IMG/VR virus record: IMGVR_UViG_3300049859_000106
Span: 1-32,684 of that record
Source of the DNA: a virus
Lineage: Duplodnaviria > Caudoviricetes
Reading direction: 5' to 3' (one strand)
DNA length: 32,684 nucleotides
Part shown: one piece after another, positions 1-9,281 of the stretch
Layout: each line of letters opens with the position of its first letter
Position numbering within the stretch: position 1 is the stretch's first letter
Notes under the pieces: generated by a model
Databases searched by the model: none
What the model was told of the DNA's origin: nothing
Seen by the model: the letters and a program-made list of their open reading frames with translations, nothing else
Program-made: the position numbers and the translations under genes

Positions 1-15
1 CACCTATAACGCCGC

Positions 16-1494
16 ATGAGTACCGGACGCGGCAACGCCGCTCGCCACGTTCAGAACGACAAGCCCGGGCCGTGGACGGCGTGGAAGGGTTCGAGGCACG
101 GGAAATACATCCGGTTCATTCAGACCTACTGCAGCTCACCGAAGGGCGAGGGGCACGGCAAGCCGCTCAAGCTGGCGACCTGGCAGAAGGAAGGCATCGA
201 GGAGATGTTCGCGGATGACGTGGACGCGGCCGTCCAGTCGTTCCCTCGCGGCAACGGGAAGTCGACCACGGAGGCCGCTCTCGCAGTCGCCGGCGTCTTC
301 ATGGACACCGAAACGGGAGCGCCGCAGGTTCCGATCATCGCAACGCGCATCCACCAGGCAATCCGCGCCGCCTACGGCCCCGCCGTGTCCATGATCCGTG
401 CCGCTCCCGAGCTCGCGTCCCGATCCATCATCTACACCGGCATCGCGACTCCCCGTGTGTTCGTGCCCACGACGCAGGGCGAGATGTTCCCGATGTCCAA
501 CGACGTGGACGGCCTCCAGGGGCTTGATCCCAGCCTCGCCATCGCCGACGAGATCGGGTTCCAGCCCGAGGACTCATGGGGCGCGCTGCTCATGGCCGGC
601 GGCAAGCGCAGCCGGTCGCTGACCCTCGGGATGGGGACGCCTGGCGTGGAGCGCGAGAATGCCCTCTACGCCATCCGCAAGACGATCGCCGAGGGTGGGG
701 TCATCCCGCGTTTCTACTTCCGCGAGTTCGCCGCTGACCCCGGTTGCGACCACCTCGACCGTGCCCAGTGGCGCAAGGCAAACCCGGCCATCCGGTCGAA
801 GTTCCTGCGGATCTCGGCCCTGGAGACGGACCTCCGGCTGATGCCCGAGGCGCGGTTCCGGATCTTCCGTCTGGGCCAGTGGGTCGAGGGCTACGAGTCG
901 TGGCTGGGCGAGGACGGCCGGGCCGTGTGGGACGGTCTCCGGCGGAACGTCGAGCCCATCGCCGGGGCACCGACGTGGGTTGGCGTGGACATCGGGATCA
1001 AGCGCGACAGTTCGGCCGTCTGCATTGTCCAGGCGCTCGGCGACGGTCACCTCGGCGCGTGGGTTCGGGTGTGGGTTCCGACGAAGGATGAGCCGGTAGA
1101 CGTGACCGACGTCATGGAGCACATCCGCCGCCTGGCGAAGACGTACAAGGTCGGCGGCATCAGCTTCGATGCGAAGTTCTTCGACGTGCCGGCCAAGATG
1201 CTGCACGACGAGGGGCTCCCGATGGTCGAAGTTCCCCAGTCGCCCATGCGCATGACGCCGATCATCGGCGACCTGTACGACCGCATTCAGCGGGGCGAGA
1301 TCCACCACGACGGAGACCCGGCGTTCGCCGAGCAGGTCCTCAACGCGATCCCCCGTTTCACCGACAGCGGTTTCACGCTCCAGAAGCGCAAGAGCCGCGG
1401 CCGGATTGACGCTTGCATTGCCCTGTCGCTCGCCGTGGACCGGGCGCAGAACCGAGCGAAGCCGCGGCCGGCCCTCTTCGTGGGTGCCGCATGA
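16..1494 (+). CDS. terL: Terminase large subunit
   Basis: Walker A FPRGNGKST, Walker B LAIADEIG, WRKANP motif, nuclease motifs VGVDIG and RIDACIA; lies upstream of portal. Confidence 0.95.
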   Translation: MSTGRGNAARHVQNDKPGPWTAWKGSRHGKYIRFIQTYCSSPKGEGHGKPLKLATWQKEGIEEMFADDVDAAVQSFPRGNGKSTTEAALAVAGVFMDTETGAPQVPIIATRIHQAIRAAYGPAVSMIRAAPELASRSIIYTGIATPRVFVPTTQGEMFPMSNDVDGLQGLDPSLAIADEIGFQPEDSWGALLMAGGKRSRSLTLGMGTPGVERENALYAIRKTIAEGGVIPRFYFREFAADPGCDHLDRAQWRKANPAIRSKFLRISALETDLRLMPEARFRIFRLGQWVEGYESWLGEDGRAVWDGLRRNVEPIAGAPTWVGVDIGIKRDSSAVCIVQALGDGHLGAWVRVWVPTKDEPVDVTDVMEHIRRLAKTYKVGGISFDAKFFDVPAKMLHDEGLPMVEVPQSPMRMTPIIGDLYDRIQRGEIHHDGDPAFAEQVLNAIPRFTDSGFTLQKRKSRGRIDACIALSLAVDRAQNRAKPRPALFVGAA

Positions 1495-1694
1495 CGCGCC
1501 TGACCGACCGCGAGCGCCAGGTGCTCGGGCTGATTGCCGAGGGGATGGGAGTCCGCGAGATCGCGCCCCGCCTCAACATCTCCCCGGACACCGTCCGCAA
1601 GCACCGAGACAATGCCGTCCGCCGAGTCGGCAAGGGGTCACAGGTGGCGGCCGTCCGCGAGCTCGACCGGGACGGCACTACCGCATCTGCGTAA
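1491..1694 (+). CDS. Stand-alone LuxR/GerE-type HTH DNA-binding protein (67 aa)
   Basis: LTDRERQVLGLIAEGMGVREIAPRLNISPDTVRKH fits the LuxR C-terminal HTH; ATG overlaps the terL stop (ATGA). Confidence 0.9.
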   Translation: MTRLTDRERQVLGLIAEGMGVREIAPRLNISPDTVRKHRDNAVRRVGKGSQVAAVRELDRDGTTASA

Positions 1695-1730
1695 TACCCA
1701 CGGCGGGCCCGGCGGCCAACCCTAGTCTCG

Positions 1731-3137
1731 ATGGCACGCTTCACTTGGCCCTGGGCACGACGCGAGCAGTTAAGCTCGTGGTCCGTGGGCGATCCCGCGT
1801 TCGCCGCATGGTGGTTCGGTAACACTGACGACGGCGAGGTCGTGACCCCGTACACCGTCCTCGGCCTGTCGGCCGTCCTGCGCTCGGTTTCCGTCATCTC
1901 CACGACGATCGCCGGGCTGCCGCTCCGCACCTACGAACGCTCGGGTGACCAGCGCGATCGCGTGCCGTCCGTCTTCGACGACCCGTACCCCGGCATCGAC
2001 GGCATGACGCCGTTCTCGTGGGTCGAGACAATCCTCATTCACCTGCTCCTGTGGCGGAACGCCTACCTCTGGCACGACGCCCGTGAGACGCGATCGGGCG
2101 ACGTGATCGTGTACCGCCCGATCCTCCCCGACGCGATCTACAAGGTGGAGAGGGTGAACGGGCGAATGCAGTTCACCTATAAGGACGCGGCCAACGAAGA
2201 GAAGGTCGTGGGATCGGAGTGGATCACCCACATCCCCGGCCCCTCGCTGGACGGCGCAACCGGCCACCCGCTCCTGGCCGCGGCCCGCGCCATCTTCTCC
2301 GGCGCCATCTCGGGCGACAAGGCCGCGCAGCTCACGCTCCGTCGCGGCATTCGGCTCGCTGGCCTTCTGGTGCCCGAAGAGGGCGAGGAGGTTGACGAGA
2401 CCGAGGGCAACGCGATCCTCGAGCAGCTCCGGGCGAAGGTCGTTGGCCGGGAGCACGCGGGGGACGTAGCGGTCATCAATCGCCGCATGAAGCTTCAGCC
2501 GTGGACGCCCAACAACATCGAGATGCAGTGGGCCGAGACCCGCCAGGCCGTCCTCGGGGAGATCGAGCGCCTGTTCGGGATGCCGCCGCACCTGCTCGCC
2601 GACACCGAGAAGCAAACCTCATGGGGCACCGGCGTCGCCGAGCAGAACCTCGGCCTCGCGCGCTACACGCTCCGCGGCTGGTCCGACCGCATCGAGCAGA
2701 CGCTCACGCGCCGCCTGCCGCCCGATCAGTTCTGCGAGTTCGACTATAAGGGCCTGCTGCAAGGCACGCCGGCGCAGGAGATCGGGCTCATCATCGATCA
2801 GGTCGGCGCTGGTCTCCTGACCGTCGACGAAGGCCGGCGCCTGATGAATATGCCGCCGCTGACCCCGGCGCAGAAGGCCGACGCACAGCCCCCCGCCCCG
2901 ATCGTGGCGCCGTTCGCCGAGCGCCCCGAGACCCCGGTCGTGAACGTCACGATGCCGAACCCGCCGGCCATCACGTTCGAGCGCGGTGCCGTCGAGGTGT
3001 CCTCACCCGTCACCGTCACCGTCGAGGCGCCCGAGCCCGTCGTGCCGCTGCCCATGACAGAGCGTTCCGAAGGCACCACGCGCATCGTCTATGACGACGA
3101 GGGCCGCATCTCCGAGATCCTGGAGGTGCCCAAGTGA
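1731..3137 (+). CDS. HK97-type portal protein with Pro/Val-rich C-terminal extension
   Basis: [63 protein letters not shown] are typical portal motifs. Confidence 0.95.
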   Translation: MARFTWPWARREQLSSWSVGDPAFAAWWFGNTDDGEVVTPYTVLGLSAVLRSVSVISTTIAGLPLRTYERSGDQRDRVPSVFDDPYPGIDGMTPFSWVETILIHLLLWRNAYLWHDARETRSGDVIVYRPILPDAIYKVERVNGRMQFTYKDAANEEKVVGSEWITHIPGPSLDGATGHPLLAAARAIFSGAISGDKAAQLTLRRGIRLAGLLVPEEGEEVDETEGNAILEQLRAKVVGREHAGDVAVINRRMKLQPWTPNNIEMQWAETRQAVLGEIERLFGMPPHLLADTEKQTSWGTGVAEQNLGLARYTLRGWSDRIEQTLTRRLPPDQFCEFDYKGLLQGTPAQEIGLIIDQVGAGLLTVDEGRRLMNMPPLTPAQKADAQPPAPIVAPFAERPETPVVNVTMPNPPAITFERGAVEVSSPVTVTVEAPEPVVPLPMTERSEGTTRIVYDDEGRISEILEVPK

Positions 3138-3520
3138 CCGCCCGCTCGGAGGCCCTTCGCGCGGCGTTCGCAGCCGTGCCCCGGACCGAGAGCATGGTGG
3201 AGCCCTCCGACGTCCTCGCCGCCATCCGTGGACCCAAGGGCGATCCCGGTCCGCAGGGCCGACAGGGCGAGCCTGGACCGCAGGGCGAGACCGGACCAGC
3301 CGGCAGACCGGGACCCCGTGGGGAGCAAGGCCCGGAAGGAATGCCCGGATCGAACGGCGCTCCCGGCCAGGCGGCCCCGATCGTTCTCCGCGCCACCGTG
3401 GAGCGCGACCCGAACGGCTACATCAGGACCATCCGGCAGGAGTTCTCGGACGGGACCGAAGTCATTCAATCGGTGCGACGCGACTGGTCCGGTCGCGTCA
3501 CGCAGATCGTAAGGAGCTGA
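3134..3520 (+). CDS. Collagen-like protein (about 16 Gly-X-Y triplets) with C-terminal beta-hairpin repeats
   Basis: [48 protein letters not shown]; GTGA overlap with portal stop. Confidence 0.85.
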   Translation: MTARSEALRAAFAAVPRTESMVEPSDVLAAIRGPKGDPGPQGRQGEPGPQGETGPAGRPGPRGEQGPEGMPGSNGAPGQAAPIVLRATVERDPNGYIRTIRQEFSDGTEVIQSVRRDWSGRVTQIVRS

Positions 3521-3521
3521 C

Positions 3522-3965
3522 ATGGCTGCAGATCCCTGGGCACTCACCAACGGGGCCGCGAAACTCATCGCCGACGGCTCGATCCCCATCGACTCGGGGT
3601 CGTTCAAGATCGCCCTGTACACCGTGTGGAACCAAATCACCGCCGCCTCCACCGTCTACGGGACGACGAACGAGGTCGGGGTCACCAACACCGGCTACAC
3701 CGCGGCGGGCGCGTCCTGCCCCCTCACGTCCACCACCGTGACCACCAACGACGTTGCCGTCACACAGGATGCAGTCGTGGAGTGGACGGCAGGCACGGCG
3801 AACCTCGTGGCGAAGCAGGCCGTCCTCTATTACGACGGCGCGACCAAGTACATCCTGTGCTTCGCCGCGCTGGACACCGGGCACGGCGACGTCACCGCCA
3901 CGAACGGCAACAAGTTGCAGATCGGCGGCACCTCGGCCGCGGTCATCAACATCACCGTCACCTGA
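3522..3965 (+). CDS. Putative virion structural protein (beta-rich, 147 aa)
   Basis: AAGGAG RBS; Thr/Ala/Gly-rich; FKIALYT...NEV...GYTAAG pattern resembles small phage structural proteins; head-module position. Confidence 0.65.
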   Translation: MAADPWALTNGAAKLIADGSIPIDSGSFKIALYTVWNQITAASTVYGTTNEVGVTNTGYTAAGASCPLTSTTVTTNDVAVTQDAVVEWTAGTANLVAKQAVLYYDGATKYILCFAALDTGHGDVTATNGNKLQIGGTSAAVINITVT

Positions 3966-3967
3966 GC

Positions 3968-4189
3968 ATGGCCGTCTGGTGCCGCCAAACCGTGGACGGT
4001 GAGGCGGCAGAGCCCTACATCATCGAGCCGCACTCCGACGTCCAGACGGACGCCGAGCTGCTGGCCGCCAAGATGCAGGGCGCCAGTGACAAGGGCTGGA
4101 CCATCAAGCGCACCGGGGCGGCGTCGTTCACCGCCGCCAAGGTGCGCTGGGGCGGCACGTCGTGCGTCCGCGAGTTCTGGGCTGACTGA
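3968..4189 (+). CDS. Hypothetical protein (73 aa)
   Basis: ATG 2 nt after upstream stop, TGATG overlap with the next gene, GC3-rich codons (MAVWCRQ...VREFWAD). Confidence 0.7.
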   Translation: MAVWCRQTVDGEAAEPYIIEPHSDVQTDAELLAAKMQGASDKGWTIKRTGAASFTAAKVRWGGTSCVREFWAD

Positions 4190-5898
4190 TGGCTGTCGCC
4201 CACGACGTCTCATCCGAGAGCCACACCGGGACGACCGGGCACACCGGGTCGGCGTCGTTCACCTGGAACCACGCGGGCGGTGGCTCGGCCCGTGGCGCGT
4301 TGGTGTTCGTGGTCGGCGTCGTCACCAACGCCCTGCCACCCGTCACGAGCGTCACCTACGGCGGCACGACGATGACGGCCGTCCCGTACACCGCCCGTGA
4401 CACGGACACCGAGCCGGGCCAGGTCACGGCCTACTACCTAGACAACTGCGGGACGGGCACCAAGGCCGTCGTCGTCAACCGCTCCGATGCAACCCCGTGG
4501 GCGCACATCCTGTACGCGACGTGCTCGACGGTCACGGCGGCAACCGCGACCGAGGTCTATCTGCCGGGCGTCAAGACCTACGGCGGTTCGTCGTCAAACA
4601 CCGCCGCCAGCACCAGCGGCACCACCACCGCGACCACGACGGTCGTCTCGATCACCGACGGCAGTCCCGGCACCAACTCCCTGCGCTTCGCCTGCCGCTA
4701 CACGGGCGCCGCCTCGCCGGGCACCGCGGCCACGGGCTCGACCGTCCCGGTCAGCATCGACTTCACGGCCTACGGCATCGCGCTGGCTTACCAGAACTCG
4801 CCGTCGCAGGGCGCGGCCGACGTCGGCTTCAGCAGCGCGGCCGACGACACCGCGATCGTCGCCCTCGCCGTCCGCGAGATCCCACCGATTCTCGTCCAGC
4901 CCTCCGCAGCGGCCATCACGGTCGGCACGGCCACGCCGGCAGTCGTCGCCCAGAACTGGCCGAGCGTCTCCCCTGCCGCGGCAGCGGTCAGCATCGCGGG
5001 CGCTACGCCCGCCGTGGGGACGCCGGTCAGCATCGCCCCGAGCGCAGCAGCGGTCACCGTGGGCACGGCTACCCCCGCGCTCGTGGCCCAGAACTGGCCG
5101 AAGGCCGAGCCCGCGGCCGTCGCCATCTCCGTTGCCGGGACCACGCCCGCCGTCGTCGGGCAGAACTACATCCTCGTTCAGCCCGCTGCTGCTGCCGCTG
5201 CCATCGGTACGGCGACTCCTGCTGTCGGCACGCCCGTCTCGATCGCGCCATCCGTCGCAGCCATCGCAGTAGCCGGTGCAACCCCGACAGTTGCGCTGCC
5301 GGTGGCGGTAAGTCCGAGCGCCGTCGCCGTCGCCATCTCGGGCGCGACCCCGCCGATCAGCCTGCCGGTCGGTGTCCAGCCGGGCGCATCCGCCGTCACG
5401 ATCGGCACCGCTACCCCGACCGTGGTTGCCCAGAACTGGCCCAAGGCGCAGCCCGCTGCCGTCGCCATCGCGGTCGCCGGCGCCCCTCCGGCAGTCAGCG
5501 CGGTGGCGACCACCGTCGTCCAGCCCGCTGCGGCATCGCTGTCGATGTCGGGCGCAACGCCGAACTTGCTCGCCATCTGGGGCGTCGTCCCCAACGCCGC
5601 GGCGCTGGCATTCAGCGGGGCAACGCCCGCCGTCGTCACCGACGTCCTGGTCCGTCCGGCCGCTGTCGCGGTAGCGATTGCCGGCGTCGCGCCGACCATC
5701 ACGACCGCCGCTGACGTCCACGTCACGCCCGGCCCGCTCGGACTGACCATCACGGGCGCTGTGCCGCTGATCGCGGGCGCCACGGTCCTCGCATCCGGCA
5801 GGGCGTCTGGCGGCGTCCGGCCCCAGTTCATCCAAACGCCCGCCGTCAACGTCCACGCCGACGACGAGGCGATCCTGCTGATGCTCTATTCCGCCTGA
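4189..5898 (+). CDS. Putative fibre protein: N-terminal beta-rich domain, 13 repeats of 22-24 aa, acidic/hydrophobic DDEAILLML tail
   Basis: Repeat consensus V.P.A.A[IV].[IV].[GT]ATP.V visible in the translation. Confidence 0.7.
   Translation: MAVAHDVSSESHTGTTGHTGSASFTWNHAGGGSARGALVFVVGVVTNALPPVTSVTYGGTTMTAVPYTARDTDTEPGQVTAYYLDNCGTGTKAVVVNRSDATPWAHILYATCSTVTAATATEVYLPGVKTYGGSSSNTAASTSGTTTATTTVVSITDGSPGTNSLRFACRYTGAASPGTAATGSTVPVSIDFTAYGIALAYQNSPSQGAADVGFSSAADDTAIVALAVREIPPILVQPSAAAITVGTATPAVVAQNWPSVSPAAAAVSIAGATPAVGTPVSIAPSAAAVTVGTATPALVAQNWPKAEPAAVAISVAGTTPAVVGQNYILVQPAAAAAAIGTATPAVGTPVSIAPSVAAIAVAGATPTVALPVAVSPSAVAVAISGATPPISLPVGVQPGASAVTIGTATPTVVAQNWPKAQPAAVAIAVAGAPPAVSAVATTVVQPAAASLSMSGATPNLLAIWGVVPNAAALAFSGATPAVVTDVLVRPAAVAVAIAGVAPTITTAADVHVTPGPLGLTITGAVPLIAGATVLASGRASGGVRPQFIQTPAVNVHADDEAILLMLYSA
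4894..5787 (+). repeat. 13 degenerate tandem repeats of 66-72 nt in the fibre gene
   Basis: Units start VQPS, VSPA, IAPS, AEPA, VQPA, IAPS, VSPS, VQPG, AQPA, VQPA, VVPN, VRPA, VTPG; GCCCAGAACTGGCC recurs three times; right boundary approximate. Confidence 0.85.
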
Positions 5899-5908
5899 GG
5901 AGACGCCC

Positions 5909-7672
5909 ATGACCGATCGCATCGCCTTCGCCGGCCCGGTGTCCCTGGAGGGGCGTCGTATCCGTGGCTCCGTGACGCTCGCGGGCGAGCGGACGTGGCG
6001 CGGTGGCGAGTGGCTCGAGGTTGACCCCGCGGCCCTCGTTCGGGCCGACGCCTCCGACGTGATCGGACGCTGGGAACACGACCCGTCCAAGGTGCTCGGC
6101 CGGTCCTCCAACGGGACCGTCCGGGTCAACCGGACCGAGACGGGGATCGACTACGAGATCGACGTGCCGGACACCTCATACGGCAACGACCTCATCACCC
6201 TGATGAACCGCGGCGACATCCGCGGCTCGTCGTTCGAGATCGAGGGCCTCCGGCACTCGTTCAGCACCGACCCGGACGGGACACGGGTCCGGCGCATCAC
6301 CTCCATCAAGCGCCTGACGGACGTGTCCCCCGTCACCGATCCGGCGTTCGTGAACACCAACGCGGCAACGTTCAGCAAGGAGACCAGCGACATGGAAGAG
6401 ACCATCGTCGAGCCGACGGCCCAGGCTCCCGTCATCATTCCCGAAGCCCCGAGCGACACGTATGCGACCGCCGAGGCGTTCGCACGCAAGCAGGATCTCT
6501 CCGGCCTCGAGCAAGCGATGGAGAACCTCATCGCCGGCGGCCTCGAGACCGCAGCACGCCAGGAGACCTACGCCGCGTTCGCCAAGGTGTACGACAACCG
6601 CCGGGGGGCCGACGCCGATGCGAAGGAGCGCTCCGAGCGCCTCGCTCTCGCTCACCAGCTGCGCACCGGCAAGGGACCCAAGGCCCCGAAGGCCACGCGC
6701 GAGACGGTCGAATCCGAGGACTACCTCCACGCCTTCGACCGCTACATGCGGACTGGCGACAAGGTCCTCATGGAGCAGTTCGCCCAGTCGATCGCGGGCA
6801 CCGGCGCCGAGGGCGGCTACACCGTTCCCGACGGCTTCCTCAAGCGGATCAGCGAGCGCCAGCTCGCCTACGGCGGCGTCCGCAAGGTGGGCGAGATCAT
6901 CACCACGGGCGACGGTCAGAGCCTCCGCTGGCCGTCGAACGACGACACGTCCAACAGCGCGGCCGTCGTGGCCGAGGGCGTGGCCGGCACCGCGGGCGCC
7001 GACCTCGTGTTCGGCACCGTCACCCTGGGCGCGTTCAGCTACTCGTCCAACGGCACCGGCAACGTCCCGCTCAAGGTGAGCCGGGAGCTGCTCCAGGACA
7101 GCGCGTTCGACGTCGAGGCATTCGTCGGCCGCAAGCTCGGCGAGCGGATCGGCCGCAAGCAGGCCGTGGACCTTGCCGTGGGCGCAGGCACCACGCTCCC
7201 CTTCGGCCTCCTGTCCAAGACCCCCGACACCATGACCGCCACCAAGACGCGCGCCGCGGCCGTCGAGATGGAGTTCCAGGTGGACGCCGCCTACCGCGAG
7301 CAGGGCAACTGCGGCTGGATCATGTCGGACACCGTGCTCGCGCTCTACCGCAACGCGGTAGACCTCAGCGGGCGCCCGCTCTGGCTGGCCAACGCCGACG
7401 CGGGCATGACCACCCGCCCCGGCGGGATTCTCAACGGCTACCCGGTGACCATCGACAACGCAGCCGGCACGCTGGTTGCCTTCGGCGACTTCCGGCAGGG
7501 CTACATCATCCGCGACGTCAAGTCGGTCGAGGTCCTCGTGGACCCCTACACCTACTCCAGCACGCGGCAGATCGGCTACCACGCCTGGGCCCGCATGGAT
7601 GCGAACATCCAGGACGCCTTCGCCTACTCCGTGTCCCAGTTCAGCGGCGTCAGCGCCGACGCGACCGCGTAA
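5909..7672 (+). CDS. Fused HK97-type prohead protease and major capsid protein
   Basis: Protease motifs WEHDPSKVLGR, RGDIRGSSF, LTDVSPVTDPAF; capsid motifs EGGYTVP, VSRELLQDSAFDVE, VDLSGRPLW, FGDF, ARMD; GAGGAG RBS. Confidence 0.95.
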   Translation: MTDRIAFAGPVSLEGRRIRGSVTLAGERTWRGGEWLEVDPAALVRADASDVIGRWEHDPSKVLGRSSNGTVRVNRTETGIDYEIDVPDTSYGNDLITLMNRGDIRGSSFEIEGLRHSFSTDPDGTRVRRITSIKRLTDVSPVTDPAFVNTNAATFSKETSDMEETIVEPTAQAPVIIPEAPSDTYATAEAFARKQDLSGLEQAMENLIAGGLETAARQETYAAFAKVYDNRRGADADAKERSERLALAHQLRTGKGPKAPKATRETVESEDYLHAFDRYMRTGDKVLMEQFAQSIAGTGAEGGYTVPDGFLKRISERQLAYGGVRKVGEIITTGDGQSLRWPSNDDTSNSAAVVAEGVAGTAGADLVFGTVTLGAFSYSSNGTGNVPLKVSRELLQDSAFDVEAFVGRKLGERIGRKQAVDLAVGAGTTLPFGLLSKTPDTMTATKTRAAAVEMEFQVDAAYREQGNCGWIMSDTVLALYRNAVDLSGRPLWLANADAGMTTRPGGILNGYPVTIDNAAGTLVAFGDFRQGYIIRDVKSVEVLVDPYTYSSTRQIGYHAWARMDANIQDAFAYSVSQFSGVSADATA

Positions 7673-7684
7673 GGCAGGCGCGAG

Positions 7685-8326
7685 ATGACCGCACCCACCG
7701 CATCCCCCGCACCGGCGATGAACCGGACGCCTGCTGGCATTCGTGCCCAGGCGTCCGCGATCGCGGCAGCGGACATCATCGTTGCCGTTGGCGACTACAC
7801 CGCCGGCGCCTCTGAGGACATGTTCACCCTCGCGGCACATGGGCTCGTCGACGGCGACCACCTCCACCTGCTGTGGCAGTCGGCGATGGGCGTCGCGATC
7901 GGCGGCGAGGCGACGAAGTTCATCGTCAAGTACCTCTCCAGCTCCACCTTCCAGCTCACCACCAACGGCTCGACCATCGTCGAGAACGCGGCAGACGGCA
8001 CCGCCGTCTTCCTCAAGGGTCGGACCCAGACTCCGCAGGTCGAGCAGTCGATCGTGCCGCTCATCATCGTCGCCGACGGCGACTTCACGGGCGGCGCCGC
8101 CTCGTACATCTTCACTCCCGCCCAAGGCACGAAGGGGATCTACGAAGCCGACACGCTGAAGCTGCTCTACAAGGCAGCCGCCGGTGTCGTTCTCGGGATC
8201 GCCGTGAACGCCACTGTCTACGCGCTGGGGCCCACGATCACGTACTTCCAGGTCGCGGCAAGCGCCGGCGGAGCTGTCATTCAGAACAGCGCCGACGGAG
8301 TGGCCGTCTTCCTCAAGACGAGCTAG
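7685..8326 (+). CDS. Putative capsid decoration protein with two tandem homologous domains
   Basis: Directly after capsid gene; internal duplication IIVAVGDYTAG...ENAADGTAVFLK and IIVADGDFTGG...QNSADGVAVFLK. Confidence 0.6.
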   Translation: MTAPTASPAPAMNRTPAGIRAQASAIAAADIIVAVGDYTAGASEDMFTLAAHGLVDGDHLHLLWQSAMGVAIGGEATKFIVKYLSSSTFQLTTNGSTIVENAADGTAVFLKGRTQTPQVEQSIVPLIIVADGDFTGGAASYIFTPAQGTKGIYEADTLKLLYKAAAGVVLGIAVNATVYALGPTITYFQVAASAGGAVIQNSADGVAVFLKTS

Positions 8327-8333
8327 GCGATCG

Positions 8334-8591
8334 ATGATCGCCTGCGGCTGGTGCGGCCAGCCGAGCAAGCCGGGTCGTTGTGGCAACTGCCACCGCGACC
8401 CGGCTTTGCCGTGGGTCCAGCGAGGACATGACCCGGAAGACATCGACCCCCGCGATCAGCAAAGGCGCCGACTCGCGTCGGCCATGCGCGACCTACAGGC
8501 CGATGGTCATCACGTCACGGTGGACGCTTTAGCCGAGCGCCTGGACGTGTCTCCGCGGACCGTCCGGCGGTGGCAACAGATGGCCGGGTAG
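8334..8591 (+). CDS. Zn-finger plus HTH DNA-binding protein
   Basis: CGWC...CGNC at N-terminus; TVDALAERLDVSPRTVRRW HTH at C-terminus. Confidence 0.8.
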   Translation: MIACGWCGQPSKPGRCGNCHRDPALPWVQRGHDPEDIDPRDQQRRRLASAMRDLQADGHHVTVDALAERLDVSPRTVRRWQQMAG

Positions 8592-8600
8592 TGGCCGGGT
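8581..8600 (+). promoter_or_regulatory. Direct repeat TGGCCGGGT x2 with 11-bp period, candidate operator
   Basis: Copies at 8581-8589 and 8592-8600, 7 nt upstream of TAGCCT (TANNNT, 8608-8613). Confidence 0.4.
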
Positions 8601-8642
8601 CGCGGCCTAGCCTCGCCGGTCGCCGAGTCTGAGGATAGAAGC

Positions 8643-9281
8643 ATGGCAACGGCTACCGGAACCTACGCCACAGCCGCTCTTGTCAAGGCGCGGCTTTTCG
8701 CCGCGGGCGTGACGGACACGGCAGACGACACGCTCATCGGAACCATCTGCGATCAGGTGAACCAGTTCATCGAGAGCCCGCAGGGCTGCGGCCGTGTCCT
8801 AGCGCCCGTAACCACGGCAACCTATCTCGTGGACGGCAACGGACTGCGGCGCCTTTTCTTCCCACGAGGACTCCGGGCCGTCACCGCGCTCGCGATCGGC
8901 GACTACACCGGAGACACGCGCGACACGCTCGCCGTGACGGACTACTGGCTCCGGCCGTCGGCCACCGATCGCAAGCCGGGTTGGCCGGCCGAGTGGATCG
9001 AGATATCCGACCGACCGGCCGGGACTCACAGCGTGTTCCACGTCGGATACGAGACCGTGAGCATTACCGGCACGATTGGCTGGAACGCGATCCCAGACGA
9101 CATCATCGACGTAGCCCTGACGACGGCCGTGCGCGCCTGGCACGCACGCCAGTCCGGGCAGGCCGACGTGATTGGTAACGACGAGACCGGCGCGCCGCTG
9201 GTGTCCCGGTACGTGTCGGGCTACCACTGGTCCACGATCCGCGCGTACCGCGTTCGTCGGCAACTGGTCCACGGCGGATGA
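8643..9281 (+). CDS. Head-tail connector/adaptor (gp6/gp15-like)
   Basis: YATAALVKARL, DDTLI, ITGTIGWNAIPDDI motifs; position after capsid module. Confidence 0.85.
   Translation: MATATGTYATAALVKARLFAAGVTDTADDTLIGTICDQVNQFIESPQGCGRVLAPVTTATYLVDGNGLRRLFFPRGLRAVTALAIGDYTGDTRDTLAVTDYWLRPSATDRKPGWPAEWIEISDRPAGTHSVFHVGYETVSITGTIGWNAIPDDIIDVALTTAVRAWHARQSGQADVIGNDETGAPLVSRYVSGYHWSTIRAYRVRRQLVHGG

Noticed and set aside
5-15. TATAAC as a -10 box for leaderless terL
   Set aside because: Lacks the conserved final T and the upstream context is outside the window
4894-5787. Periodic repeats considered as a CRISPR array
   Set aside because: Degenerate in-frame coding repeats with no invariant repeat and unique spacer pattern; no cas genes
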